Positions 41,700 through 51,834 of a stretch of DNA of 64,000 nucleotides are shown here, piece by piece. The notes beneath the pieces were generated by a model. It worked only from the letters and a program-made list of their open reading frames with translations. It had not been told where the DNA came from and made no database searches. The DNA comes from an uncultured Acidobacteriota bacterium. GTDB taxonomy: Bacteria > Acidobacteriota > Thermoanaerobaculia > Multivoradales > UBA5704. The position numbers were made by a program, and so were the translations under genes. Numbering within the stretch: the first letter of the stretch is position 1; every line of letters begins with the position of its first letter. The stretch lies in contig CAVYRF010000002.1 in assembly GCA_963770895.1 (NCBI GenBank), forward strand, positions 3,296,001 through 3,360,000. The letters are read 5' to 3'.

Positions 41700-41861
41700 A
41701 TGTCAGAGACACTGGACCCGAAGGCGGACGTCGAGATCGAGACCCTTTCCGAAGAAGATCTCGATTCGGTCAGTGGTGGGGTCAACAGCGGGGCTCCCGA
41801 CAACACCGGAACCGGAACCTGCGTCAACAACTCAGGGACCGGGACCTGCTCTGGTTCCTAG
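41700..41861 (+). CDS. RiPP precursor with double-glycine leader
   Basis: ETLSEEDLDSVSGG leader; core VNSGAPDNTGTGTCVNNSGTGTCSGS; AAAGGAAG RBS. Confidence 0.88.
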   Translation: MSETLDPKADVEIETLSEEDLDSVSGGVNSGAPDNTGTGTCVNNSGTGTCSGS

Positions 41862-41874
41862 TCTTCGGAGCGAC

Positions 41875-41908
41875 TCCCCGCCCCCGATCGCTTGGTCGGG
41901 GGCGGGGA
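41875..41908 (+). terminator. Strong hairpin after the precursor gene (partial terminator or mRNA stabiliser)
   Basis: 13-bp stem TCCCCGCCCCCGA/TCGGGGGCGGGGA with no long U tract. Confidence 0.6.
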
Positions 41909-41970
41909 ATTCCGGTTCGTTATTCGTCGGACGGGGTTTGGCGCTTACCCACGGCAAGGGAGGTAGTGTG

Positions 41971-43212
41971 ATGGAGCATAATGCGCGATCCTTTAGGGAC
42001 CTGATCGCCCCACTATCCTTCGACGATTTTCTTGCGAATTACTGGGAGAGAACCTTCCTTCATCTTCAGGGTGAGCCTGAACGCTTTGCCGATTATTTCT
42101 CGTCGCGCGATATTGATAGCTGGCTAACCTCGACGCGGTCGGGACTGCCGGACAGCATCATGATCACAGCCCCTGAAGGCGCCGAGGCTCGATCCGACAA
42201 GTGTCGCCCAGGTGATATTGGCGCGGATGCGGTCCATATGGCGTTTGCGAGGGGCTCCTCGCTGGTCCTGAACCACATGGAAGACTGGCCCTCGCTGCAT
42301 CGTCTCGTCAAGGCGCTGGGACGAGACTTTCATGCCGATATCGGCGTGAACGCCTATTTCACTCCCAAAGGAGCGCGGACGCTTCCGATACACACCGATG
42401 AGCATGACGTCTTGATTCTACACCTTGAGGGAGAAAAGGTCTGGCGCCTTCATGAGTTTTCCCTCCTGCAGGTCCGTCTCGCACAGAAGAAGAATCTTCG
42501 GTTTTCCCAGGAATGGTACGGCAGGACCAGTACGCCGCTCCTCGCCGAGATAGTAATCCGGCCCGGCGACCTACTGTACATTCCACGCGGAATGCCGCAT
42601 TTCGCGGTAGCGCAAGACAGCACTTGCCTGCACCTGACGGTGAGCGTGTCACCGTTGTACTGGATGGATTTCCTGAAGATCGCCGCCGAGCAGGCGGCAA
42701 TCTATTCACAGGAGCTGCGGCGAGCACTACCGCCCGGCTTTGTCGACAGCCAAGAGCTCTGCGACCGAATGCGGCGCGCTTTCCCAGACATCATGAGGGC
42801 GTTCCAGGAATTCACTTCCTTCGACGAAGTGCTCGCAGCGATCAAGCGAAACCGAGTGACATTCCAGGGCGCCCCCGCGGATGGCCAATTTGCGCTTTTC
42901 TCATCAACCGATGATCTCGTCGCCGAATCCGAGGTCGAGCGACGCCGAGACGTCCTCTGTGTAGTCGACGAGGTCTTCGACAATGAGCGGAACAAGAAGA
43001 TTGCAATTTGGTTTGCCAATCAATACGTTGCCGGCCCGCCGCACCTGCGACGGACGCTGGAGTTCATCCGCGACCATGCCAAGTTCCGCGTGTCCGAGAT
43101 GCCTGGTCTCGATGAGAACGGCCAGATGATTCTGGTGCGCCGCTTGATCAGGGAGGGCCTATTGCGCCGAGTAGCAGAGCGCACCACGGCGCCAGAGCTC
43201 GTCTTGGCCTGA
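41971..43212 (+). CDS. JmjC/cupin_4 (YcfD/NO66-like) Fe(II)/2-oxoglutarate oxygenase
   Basis: NAYFTP, PIHTDEHDV (HxD), GEKVW, PGDLLYIPRGMPH, LVRRLIREGLL winged-helix tail. Confidence 0.9.
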   Translation: MEHNARSFRDLIAPLSFDDFLANYWERTFLHLQGEPERFADYFSSRDIDSWLTSTRSGLPDSIMITAPEGAEARSDKCRPGDIGADAVHMAFARGSSLVLNHMEDWPSLHRLVKALGRDFHADIGVNAYFTPKGARTLPIHTDEHDVLILHLEGEKVWRLHEFSLLQVRLAQKKNLRFSQEWYGRTSTPLLAEIVIRPGDLLYIPRGMPHFAVAQDSTCLHLTVSVSPLYWMDFLKIAAEQAAIYSQELRRALPPGFVDSQELCDRMRRAFPDIMRAFQEFTSFDEVLAAIKRNRVTFQGAPADGQFALFSSTDDLVAESEVERRRDVLCVVDEVFDNERNKKIAIWFANQYVAGPPHLRRTLEFIRDHAKFRVSEMPGLDENGQMILVRRLIREGLLRRVAERTTAPELVLA

Positions 43213-43237
43213 GCAGCTTGCGCTACCGCTTTCAGGC

Positions 43238-44314
43238 TCAAGGTAGACGGGAGCCTGGCCTCCCGGGGGGGGCGGCGAGCTTGGCGAGAGCTTTAGAGAG
43301 AAGGTCGCCGAAGGCCGTCCCTGGTTGCTCCACCGCTCCCCACATATTGTGTTTCCGAAGCCAGGACAGGCTCTCTCCGGGTTTGGCGCGAAGCTCGCAA
43401 AAGGTCACGCTCAAGAGCCGGCTAATGTAGACCTCCTCTGCGTTGCAGAGACCCAGCCGCGTCGCGGTCATGTGCAACTGGCTTCCGCCGATACGCGCTC
43501 TGGTCGAGCGGTCGGAGTCTCTGATCGCGTTCGAGAGTCGGCCAGCACCCAGGGCGAGGAGGTCCCCTTCCATGCCGCATGACCCTTCGACCCGCAGCGC
43601 GCGCGCCTCGGCCAAGCTATCACCTAAGAGTTGGAGAAAGGTCGTCATTTTGGAACATGCGACGGCATCCCCCTTTTCGACGACCCTGGGCAGTGCCCCG
43701 CCCCACGAATCCACGCCATACCTGATGAGATCGATCAATTCGAGCTCATCGACCGAGAAACCGAGAGCCTGTCGAAACAGAAGCTGGAGGGCGTGCGCGA
43801 GTTGCACAGACCGCGACACTTCCGCACATTTCGCGAGAAACTGAAGGGCCGCGGCGCTCGACAGCGTGAAGAAGTCGAGCGATGCCCGGAAAAGGACTGG
43901 TCCTCCGTAGCGTTCGACCTCGGGCCGGAACGGCGCAAACCGGAACCAGTTGTCCGGATAGACCGAGTCGTCAGTCTCATTAGGTTCCCCTCTGAGGAGG
44001 GACTCGTTGGTTCGCCGAATCGTCTCCTTGTCAACCGATCGGGTCGAGGGAGTGAGTTGCAAAAAGCGTTGAGCGCACTGCTGCATTGCTTCCTGAATGC
44101 GCTTTCTGCTCCCTGGCCTAATCCGAAGTCGCAGACGGATGTGAGGCCCCCCCAAGGCATAACGGACGAAAAAGAATGCACCGATCTCGTCTTCTCTAAC
44201 AAGAGAGGCAACGAGAGGATGCACAAAGGACCGAACTACCTGATCGAGGCTTTGGTGATAGTAGAGATGACCCGCGATCCAGCTGTTTTGGATTTCCTCG
44301 ATTGTTCCAGGCAT
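43238..44314 (-). CDS. Stand-alone lantibiotic dehydratase C-terminal (elimination) domain, thiopeptide-type
   Basis: W...HLYY, FFVRY..GGPHIRLR, PEVERYGG, SQLHMT..RLG. Confidence 0.88.
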   Translation of the reverse strand: MPGTIEEIQNSWIAGHLYYHQSLDQVVRSFVHPLVASLVREDEIGAFFFVRYALGGPHIRLRLRIRPGSRKRIQEAMQQCAQRFLQLTPSTRSVDKETIRRTNESLLRGEPNETDDSVYPDNWFRFAPFRPEVERYGGPVLFRASLDFFTLSSAAALQFLAKCAEVSRSVQLAHALQLLFRQALGFSVDELELIDLIRYGVDSWGGALPRVVEKGDAVACSKMTTFLQLLGDSLAEARALRVEGSCGMEGDLLALGAGRLSNAIRDSDRSTRARIGGSQLHMTATRLGLCNAEEVYISRLLSVTFCELRAKPGESLSWLRKHNMWGAVEQPGTAFGDLLSKALAKLAAPPGRPGSRLP

Positions 44315-44734
44315 TTGAGGATCCCCAGGGTGCTCTCGACCCTTGACAAAGGCCGTCGGATAGGTTGCGGTTGGTTGCGCAGCCCATATATCACGTATAG
44401 CTAATATGAGCAATATGTGAACCCGCTCCGCGCACGATCGCGCTCGCTGGGCGGGGATGCCAGTCACAGTCAGATCTTTCACCATCGTTGCGTGAGCGGC
44501 AGAAGCGGCTAACCCAACCTCCGGTCGCGCGAGGGGCCTCGCGCGTCGCCGGAATCCGCCGTTTAGGGGCTGCTTGTCTGTTGCCAGCCCTTTTGGCTGC
44601 CGGTGCCTGAGTAGGTGTCCCATGCTCCGTTTCCACAGCCACCGTTCGGGCCTCCGCCGGCAACGAGCCCCATCTTTTGCCGGACGCTTGCCACTCTAGT
44701 ACGCGAAAGGCCCGATCTGGTCGCGCTCCATACC

Positions 44735-44860
44735 GTTCCCCCCGCTGTCGCCAAATCCTCGGCGCTGGGCGTTGGGTCGCCGCTGGGATGGGTATGAAAG
44801 AGGGCCATGCCTCCGGCGCCTCGTAGCAGGCACTCCTGCAGACTCACCTGCGCTAGCGCA
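44735..44860 (-). pseudogene. RadC/JAB fragment
   Basis: ECLLRGAGGMALFHTHPSGDPTPSAED, paralogous to 51835-52557. Confidence 0.75.
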
Positions 44861-44928
44861 CGCAACCCGGCGGCGGCCAGCCCGCCGCCGCCCCTGCGAT
44901 CCGCCCTCGCCCCTCGCCCGGCCGCCGC

Positions 44929-45760
44929 TTACTGGTAGTACCCGTTGACGTCGATCAGCAGATTGAGCGACGAGGCCGAGTCCACCTGCACCTTGACCGA
45001 GCCGGCGCCGTTGTGCGCCAGGCCCATCATCACGTTGTTGGCCAGCACCGCCCCGGCGTTGAACGACACGGTGGTGGAGAGCGGCGACACCGTCTCGTCA
45101 CCCGGATACAGCCGCACGTCGCCGCCGGCACCGGGCTGCACCACCGTGACGTTGGTGGCCAGCGACTTGGCCGTGGTCGGCACCCCGCAGGCGCCCCGCA
45201 GGCGCCGGTGAGCACGAACGTCCGCGTCGAATTCGCCGCCAGCGCCGGCCCGCCCAACGGCCCCGCGGCGTTGCGCGTATCGACCAGGCGACATGGCGTG
45301 ATCGTATGGAACCGCGCCGCCGGCAGATTGTTGAGGTAGTGCGTCGTGGTCGACGCCATCGCGATCCCGTGCCCCGAATCGCGGTCGGTGCCCGCCGACA
45401 TGATGTCGAGCGCCGACTCGAGCATCGCCACGCGCACCTGGTCCGGCGACGGGTGCGTCGGCAGCGACAGCGCGAGCGCCGCCATCGCCGCCGCGTGCGG
45501 CGCCGCCGCCGAGGTGCCGCAGAAGGGGCTGAAGCCGGTCACCGCCGTCGGCACGCAGTCCGCCGCGGTGACGTCGACCTTCGGCAGCACCGTGCCGCCG
45601 TTGGTGGCGATGAGGAAATTGCCCGGCGTGATCGACGTGCCGTTGGGGTTGAAGAAGATGCGGCGCGGGCCGTCCGAGCTGTAGAACTCGACCGCCGTCG
45701 AACCGCTGGCGGTGAACGCCCCGCCCGCCGCCTTCGACACCGGCACCGCCTTGGAGTTGC
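44929..45760 (-). pseudogene. S8 serine peptidase C-terminal fragment with surface domain, frameshifted
   Basis: GTSAAAPH, PCRLVDTR, IDVNGYY; an 11-bp tandem duplication CCGCAGGCGCC at 45185-45206 shifts the frame. Confidence 0.8.
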
Positions 45761-46070
45761 ACCGAGGCGGACGCCAAGCCCCAGCCCAGAGGCTCGCGCT
45801 ACAGGCCTTGCCCGGCACCAAAGGATCCTCATGTTCGCCACGACGCCGCACCAGCCGATCTGTCCGTGTCCGAATCGCCACCATCGGGTCCGGCCGGCCA
45901 AGGATCCTCGGCCGCAGCAGCTGACTGCCGGGAACTTGAGCAAATCCGTCGTCGACACCCGTGAGCCCCGCCCTTGCCTGTGCGGCTGGAGCGCCAGCCT
46001 CGTTGCCCAAGGTCCTCGCCATGCCCTTGACTGCAAAACGAAAACACCCGGCGCCAGGCGGCAGCCGCCA

Positions 46071-47381
46071 TCAGTTGGTAGACAGCAGCAGCCGCGGCGC
46101 CTGGTTGAGCGTCGTGCCGTCGGCGAGCTTCACCTGCAGAGTCCAACGGTAGGCGCCCGGCTCTGTCGGCATCGTCACGTCGAGCACGTAGTCGCCACGT
46201 TCGGGATCGAGCGCAAGCGGCTGCTGCCTCAGTTGAGTCCCCGTGATCGAGAGCTTGACCGCGGCGTCCTGAATCGGCTTGCCGGCGGCATCCTGCACCA
46301 CTACCGCCAGGCGGTTGGTGTCCCCCGGCACGAAGAACTTGTCGTTCTTGAAGGCCGAGAAGACCATCACCGGCGCCAGTTCCAGGCCCAGGAGGAGCGG
46401 CGTCAGCACCTTCGCCTGCAGCTGATCGTCGCCGTAGAGCTCCGAGTGATCGCACTGCGGCAACGCAAAACGCCGTAGCATCGGGGCCGTGAGTCGATTG
46501 CCGCGGCCGGAGATCTCTGGCACGGTTGAGTCGCCGCGCGGTTGCGGATTGGCAATCTGCAGGCCGCCGGCGGTGGCGCCGGCCGCCGCCACCAAAGTGT
46601 CCAGCCGCGTGCCGTAAACCAGCGCCGCGCGCACGGGCAGCGCATCCGGCAGCCCGCCGACGACGGTGCGCGCAGCCGCCAGGAGCTGCTGCATCGCGGG
46701 TGTCGCGCACCAATCCGGCACGTCCAAGGCCGACCTGGAGACACCCTCCCACAGGAAGAGCTTTTCGGCCGGATTGCTGGGCAGCAGCTCGAAGGCCCCG
46801 GGCGCCGTGCGGGCCGCGGCCATCAAGTCGGCGGCGGAGAACAGGTAGAAGGGGCGTTGGCCCAGCAGCGCCTGGAGGGTTTCGAGCATGCCGTGGTGAG
46901 GCGTGCCGAAAGTGATCAGCCAATCGACCTGATCGGCGAGCTCTGGATGCTGCGCCAGGCAGGCGCGCGCCACCAGGCCCCCTTGACTGTGGGCCAGGAG
47001 GTTGACCTTGGCGGCGCCGCTCTGGGTCAACACGGTGCGGATCTGGCGGCTGAGCTTTTCCACGCTGTCGAGCAGCGAGCGGCGCCAATCGAAGGAGAAC
47101 TCGGACACTGTCAGGTGCAGCGTGTTCCTGAGGAAGTTGAGGAAATCGCGGTACACGTCGAGGCGAAAGAAGCCGGGGATGAGGCTGACCTCTTCGAGGA
47201 TGCCGCCGGCCACCAGGCGATCGGGGTCCGCAGGGTCGAAATGGAGCGCCGCCATGGTCGATCCACCGTCGAGGAGACGTTCGCCGTCGAGCCAGACCAG
47301 CTCGTCGTGGGCCTCCAAGTTGAGCTTCGAGCCGTAGAAGCCAGGCAGAACGATCACCGGATTGAGGGATGGTGCGGGCAC
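46071..47381 (-). CDS. LCAT/PGAP1-like alpha/beta hydrolase (lipase/acyltransferase) with C-terminal Ig-like domain
   Basis: LPGFYGS, FDWRRS, AHSQGG nucleophile elbow, GTPHHG, GDSTVP, H; GGAGG RBS. Confidence 0.88.
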   Translation of the reverse strand: MPAPSLNPVIVLPGFYGSKLNLEAHDELVWLDGERLLDGGSTMAALHFDPADPDRLVAGGILEEVSLIPGFFRLDVYRDFLNFLRNTLHLTVSEFSFDWRRSLLDSVEKLSRQIRTVLTQSGAAKVNLLAHSQGGLVARACLAQHPELADQVDWLITFGTPHHGMLETLQALLGQRPFYLFSAADLMAAARTAPGAFELLPSNPAEKLFLWEGVSRSALDVPDWCATPAMQQLLAAARTVVGGLPDALPVRAALVYGTRLDTLVAAAGATAGGLQIANPQPRGDSTVPEISGRGNRLTAPMLRRFALPQCDHSELYGDDQLQAKVLTPLLLGLELAPVMVFSAFKNDKFFVPGDTNRLAVVVQDAAGKPIQDAAVKLSITGTQLRQQPLALDPERGDYVLDVTMPTEPGAYRWTLQVKLADGTTLNQAPRLLLSTN

Positions 47382-47874
47382 AGGCGCCTCCTTTCCAAAG
47401 ACGGCATGCTCAAGGAGACGGACCTGCCTGGCCTTTTTCCCGCCCCGGTCGCGACCGCCGACGAGACAGCCGGCGGCTCAGCAGTTGGGGGTCGCTGGCG
47501 CAGCCGGCACACTCCAGGACGCTCGACGCCGAGGATCTCGCCCTCGCCGCGAGCATCCGCCACCACGGCATCCTCGAACCAGCCGATCACCGACACATGT
47601 CCGTGCGCATCCCTCGCACCGAGGGCCTCCCATCCGGCGCAAGGGCTTCGACGCCGGTACCCACTGCGCCCCCGGAATGTCACAAATCCCCCCGCTACCG
47701 GACTATTCCCAGCAGAAGCCTCCTCGCCCCCGCCACCGCCACCCCACTCCACCCCCATGCCCGCCTCCCACCCCCCCGCCCCCATCCTCGCGAGGCGTAC
47801 CGAATGCTGCGGCCCGAAGCTCTCCTCCGGCGACCCTGAAGACCCTGCTACAATAAGCAAGGCTCCCCATCCCC

Positions 47875-49536
47875 ATGCTCTTCGGCCGCCTCTTCATCTC
47901 CTCGGTCTTCGGCGGCCTCCTCGACCTGCGCGCCGCCGCCGCCGCGGCGGCGAAGCTCGCCGGCTTCGAGCCGGTGCTGACCGAAACCCACGTCGCACAA
48001 CCCCTCGCCGTTCGCGACGCGCTGACCCGCGAGATCGACGCCTGCGACACCTACCTGGGCCTCTTCGATCAACGTCGAGGCACCGTCCCCAAGACCGGCA
48101 CCGCCGACCATCGGGCGATCACCGAGGAAGAGCTCCGCCTGGCCCGCGAGCGCGGGTTGCGCTGCCTGGTCTTCCTGTCGCGAGACGCAGCCGGCACCCG
48201 CGACCCGCGGCTGACGGAGTTTCTCGACCGTGAGGTCACCGACTACGCCGCCGGCCTGTGGACGCGGCCCTACGACGGCGAGGCCGGCCTGCGGCGCGAG
48301 ATCGTCGCGGCTCTCGCCGCCCTGCGGCCGCGATTGGTCCTCGCCCTCGAGGCGCAACCAAGCGCCGCCCCGGGGGCGTTCCAGGCGAGCCTCGACCTCC
48401 GACCCCTGGGTCCCGCCTGGGCCGGTCCCGCCGCCGCCGGCCCCCTGCCCGCGGACCTCCACCTCGACCCCGGCACCACCGCCGTGCTCGCGGCGTTTCG
48501 CCACGGCGAGGACGCACGCAACCGCCTCGATCCGGCGGCCCTGCAAGTCGCCGGGGCGGCTCTCGCCGGCACCCTGCCAAGCCCCCTGCGCGACGCCCTG
48601 GCCCAGGTGCTCGACATGACCGCCGGCCGCGGGCGGCTGGTACTGCTCGAGGTGCGGTCCGCCGACAGCGGCGTGCTCGGCCTGCCGTGGGAGCTGCTCT
48701 CGCTGCCGGGGCACCCCCTGCCCGTGCGAGAGGGTCTCCTCGAGATCGTCCGCCGGGTCGTGCTCCCCGGAACGCCGGCGGCTCCGGCCCTGGAGCCAGC
48801 GACCGCGGTGCCCGCCGACCGCCTGGACGTCCTCGGCTTCACCGCTTCGCCGATCGAGGATCAGCAGGAGGGCGCCGGCCTCGGCAACGCCGGCCTGACC
48901 GGCGACAGCGATCTCTTCTGGGAGCGCGAGCAGGAGCGCCTGCTCGTCGCGCTCGACGGCTTGGTGCGCCAGGGCCGCGGGAGGCTGACCCTCCCCGAGA
49001 CCGGCGACCGCGACGAGCTCCGCCGGGAGCTGGCGCGCCCCGACCGGCCGCAGCTCGTCCACCTCGCCTGCCACGGCGGCACTCGGCCCGCAACCGACGG
49101 CGCCGCCGAGCCCGTGCTCTATCTCGAAGACGTCGACGCGCATCGCGCCGCCATCGGCCCGGGCGAGTTGCTCGGCTGGTGCCGCGCCACCCCCACCGCC
49201 GCCGACCTCGAGCTGATGGTGCTCGCCGCCTGCAGCACCGCCAGCGCTCCGGCAGCTGGCCGCGCCGGCGGCACCGCCGCCGGCCTGCGCGCCGCAGCCG
49301 CTACGCCACCGCCGCCGGAGGAGGCACCCCCGGCGCGGGGTTTCGCCGAAAGGCTCGTGCGCGGCGGCGTGCCGCGCGTCCTCGCGATGCAGAGCGTGAC
49401 AGCCGATGAGGGCCGGCGGCGCCAGCGAGTGTCTACAGGAAGCAAAGTCTCCGTTGCTCGAAGAGTCTGGGGTAAAGTGCTACAGTTAAGCCATGTGCGC
49501 ATGCGGCCTTCGTCTAAGATGAATTCAAGTCCATGA
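47875..49536 (+). CDS. DUF4062 + CHAT domain protein, probably 3'-truncated near 49410
   Basis: LFISSVF..L...R, ITEEE...A; GLPWELL, LVHLACHG, VLAACST, VLAMQ; tail loses composition. Confidence 0.8.
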   Translation: MLFGRLFISSVFGGLLDLRAAAAAAAKLAGFEPVLTETHVAQPLAVRDALTREIDACDTYLGLFDQRRGTVPKTGTADHRAITEEELRLARERGLRCLVFLSRDAAGTRDPRLTEFLDREVTDYAAGLWTRPYDGEAGLRREIVAALAALRPRLVLALEAQPSAAPGAFQASLDLRPLGPAWAGPAAAGPLPADLHLDPGTTAVLAAFRHGEDARNRLDPAALQVAGAALAGTLPSPLRDALAQVLDMTAGRGRLVLLEVRSADSGVLGLPWELLSLPGHPLPVREGLLEIVRRVVLPGTPAAPALEPATAVPADRLDVLGFTASPIEDQQEGAGLGNAGLTGDSDLFWEREQERLLVALDGLVRQGRGRLTLPETGDRDELRRELARPDRPQLVHLACHGGTRPATDGAAEPVLYLEDVDAHRAAIGPGELLGWCRATPTAADLELMVLAACSTASAPAAGRAGGTAAGLRAAAATPPPPEEAPPARGFAERLVRGGVPRVLAMQSVTADEGRRRQRVSTGSKVSVARRVWGKVLQLSHVRMRPSSKMNSSP

Positions 49537-50573
49537 GATTACCCTTCCGCAACTGGCTGCAGGAGCAGCTTCTCGACCACGACTCGCGTTCGCTCTACGA
49601 CGAGGCGATCCTCTCCTATCAAGTCGGGGCCAATCGTGGCGCGCTGTTACTGTCCTACCTTGCATTTCTGAGAACGATTGCTGGTCGGCTGATGCAGGCT
49701 AGTAAACCTACTTGCATTCCTGAGAGACTTTGGGAAAGCATCCAAGGGGGGCTAAGAAACGACCTGCAATGGGAGCGGCAAGCGTTTGACGCGCTATCGC
49801 GTACGCAGCCGATTTCCATTTTCCTGATAGATGATGAGATCCGCCAGCAGCTGGAATACTGGCGCGGGAGAAGAAACGATGTGGCTCACTCGCGCGGCAA
49901 CGAAATAGGTCAAGCGCACGTCGAGGCTTTTTGGATGTTTGTGCGATCCAATCTATCCAAGTTTGTTGTAAACGGCGGGCGCGAAGGATTGCTAGAGAGA
50001 TTCCGGCGGCACTTCGATCCGGGCCAGACTCCGCCAGACCAGGACTTTACGCATTTGGTTGCAGAGATCTCAAGTGCTGTTAGGCCACAGGAGCGGCGCG
50101 ACTTTTTCAGATCTCTCGTCGAGGCGACCGGAGCATTCGGAGATATAGACATTGCCCAAATGGATTACAGAATAGCGAGCAAGGGTAAGGCTCTGCTCGA
50201 TTCCGTGAGTCGTGTGAATGATGCGGTGCTAATTGAGAATCTGGCCGAGGAGATGCGAGCGCGTCCAGACTTGTTAGTTGCGTGCCTGCTTGCTAGGCCG
50301 CAGCTCGTGCACTGGTTCGGCGAAGATCGCTCTCTCATTAGGTCTCTTTGGCACGACCTTCTTCCACTTGAAGCGTCAATTTATCACGCCCCGCTAATAT
50401 TACTCCGTTATGTCATGAGGAGTCATTCTGAAAGGTCCTCCGGCAGACTGGGCAGCATCCGGCCCATCGAACGAGAAGAATCTGGAGCTTCTGACGGGTC
50501 TGGGGAAGGGTCCAGGATGGAGTTTTTTTGGAGCGAAGCGTCTCCAAGGCGAGAAACGCATAGGCGAGGCTGA
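49533..50573 (+). CDS. Low-GC HEPN-like protein, truncated by an IS701 end near 50397
   Basis: YDEAI.SY..GA.R..LL N-terminal helix and RNDVAH (RX4H). Confidence 0.6.
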   Translation: MRLPFRNWLQEQLLDHDSRSLYDEAILSYQVGANRGALLLSYLAFLRTIAGRLMQASKPTCIPERLWESIQGGLRNDLQWERQAFDALSRTQPISIFLIDDEIRQQLEYWRGRRNDVAHSRGNEIGQAHVEAFWMFVRSNLSKFVVNGGREGLLERFRRHFDPGQTPPDQDFTHLVAEISSAVRPQERRDFFRSLVEATGAFGDIDIAQMDYRIASKGKALLDSVSRVNDAVLIENLAEEMRARPDLLVACLLARPQLVHWFGEDRSLIRSLWHDLLPLEASIYHAPLILLRYVMRSHSERSSGRLGSIRPIEREESGASDGSGEGSRMEFFWSEASPRRETHRRG

Positions 50574-50640
50574 CCAAGGTCACGTGATGGTGCCAACCTC
50601 TCCACGAACGGCCCTCAAAATGGGGAGCATGGGCCGCCAC
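50398..50640 (-). pseudogene. IS701 transposase 3' fragment
   Basis: HFEGRSWRGWHHHVTLV; CTAA at the end. Confidence 0.8.
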
Positions 50641-50987
50641 CGCCCCCGGCGGCTTTCGACGGCCGCGACAGCCCCCAGCGCCCGGATGCTGGTCGCCGAG
50701 GTGGCGGCTCGCTGCGGGCGCCGGGGCCGGCGGGCGCTAACCTCCTGCCGCCCCGGCTATCGATCGCCCCGTGGCGCCGCGGCCAGCGCGGGGCAAGGGC
50801 AACGAGGCGTCCATCGGGCAAGGCCGGCCCAGGTGGCGGGCGGCTCAAAGGGTGCTCGCGGGCAAGGCGGCTCCGGCGGTTGCCCGGCCTGGCGGCGGCG
50901 GCCCGTGTCGGCACTCAGCTCGCCGCTCGCGCCTGGCGGCCGGCGGCGCGGCAGCTCCGGCAGCCGGGGTGGGGGGGCCTGGCCACC

Positions 50988-51234
50988 TCAGTCGCCGCCG
51001 CCGTCCAAGGAGAACGCGATCGGCTTCCCGTAGAGCCTGGTAAACACCTGAAGCTCGGTAGGATCGATGCGTCGCTCGCCAGACTCGCACTTCGAGACGA
51101 AGGACTGCGGGCGCCTGAAGTGCGTCGCGACCGCCACCTGCGTCAGCCCGGCAGCTTGGCGGGCCTGCCGGAGCTTGGCGAGCATCCGCCGGTACTGTGG
51201 GGGGAGTGTGGATCGACTTCGGAGCGCCGGCCAT
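50988..51234 (-). CDS. XRE-family HTH regulator, possibly frameshifted in a C6 run (ORF proper 50988-51185)
   Basis: LRQARQAAGLTQ...PQSFVSKCESGERRID; KSIHT lies in another frame upstream. Confidence 0.75.
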
Positions 51235-51316
51235 CACGGTCCTCGGACCCGGGAACGATGGCCCCGCCGCCGGCTGCCTGCTGCTCCTCGCAGGCCAGCG
51301 GCGGGGCGTCGCTACT

Positions 51317-51832
51317 TTAGGCGGGATGTGAGCTGCGCGACCGCTCTGGCGAGCTGCCCCTGCCGGCAGCGTCGGCACTCTCTGAGCTGCCTGCTTGTAG
51401 CTCCAGAAAGGCCAAACAGCAATGGGCGACGGCCTTGCCGCACTCCTGCGCCAGCCGCACGGCCGCCTTGTGGGAGCTGGTGGGGGTCTCTGCCGCAAGC
51501 GTTCGAGTGTCAGGCGGCAGGGTACCGTCTCCTCCTTGCTCTTCGGCCTGCCGCTGAGCGCGATACAGGTCCGCCATGGTCAGGCCCATGGCTTCGACGA
51601 TTCGCCACAGGTTGCTGGCTCTCGGCTGCAATTCGCCATGCTCGTAGCGGTCAAGGGAGGTTAGCGAGACGCCCGACTCGGCGGCGAGTTGCCGGAGGGT
51701 CATGCCGGACGCCCGACGGGCAGCCAAGAGCGCCCGTCCAACGATCTCCGCATCGTCGCTGTTCCGCTTCCTCGGTCGCGATCGTTTCGGGCCAATCTTC
51801 ACGAGTTCGATGGGTTCCACCTTTTGGGTCAT
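51317..51832 (-). CDS. XRE-family HTH regulator
   Basis: RRASGMTLRQLAAESGVSLTSLDRYEHGELQP. Confidence 0.8.
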   Translation of the reverse strand: MTQKVEPIELVKIGPKRSRPRKRNSDDAEIVGRALLAARRASGMTLRQLAAESGVSLTSLDRYEHGELQPRASNLWRIVEAMGLTMADLYRAQRQAEEQGGDGTLPPDTRTLAAETPTSSHKAAVRLAQECGKAVAHCCLAFLELQAGSSESADAAGRGSSPERSRSSHPA

Positions 51833-51834
51833 AG

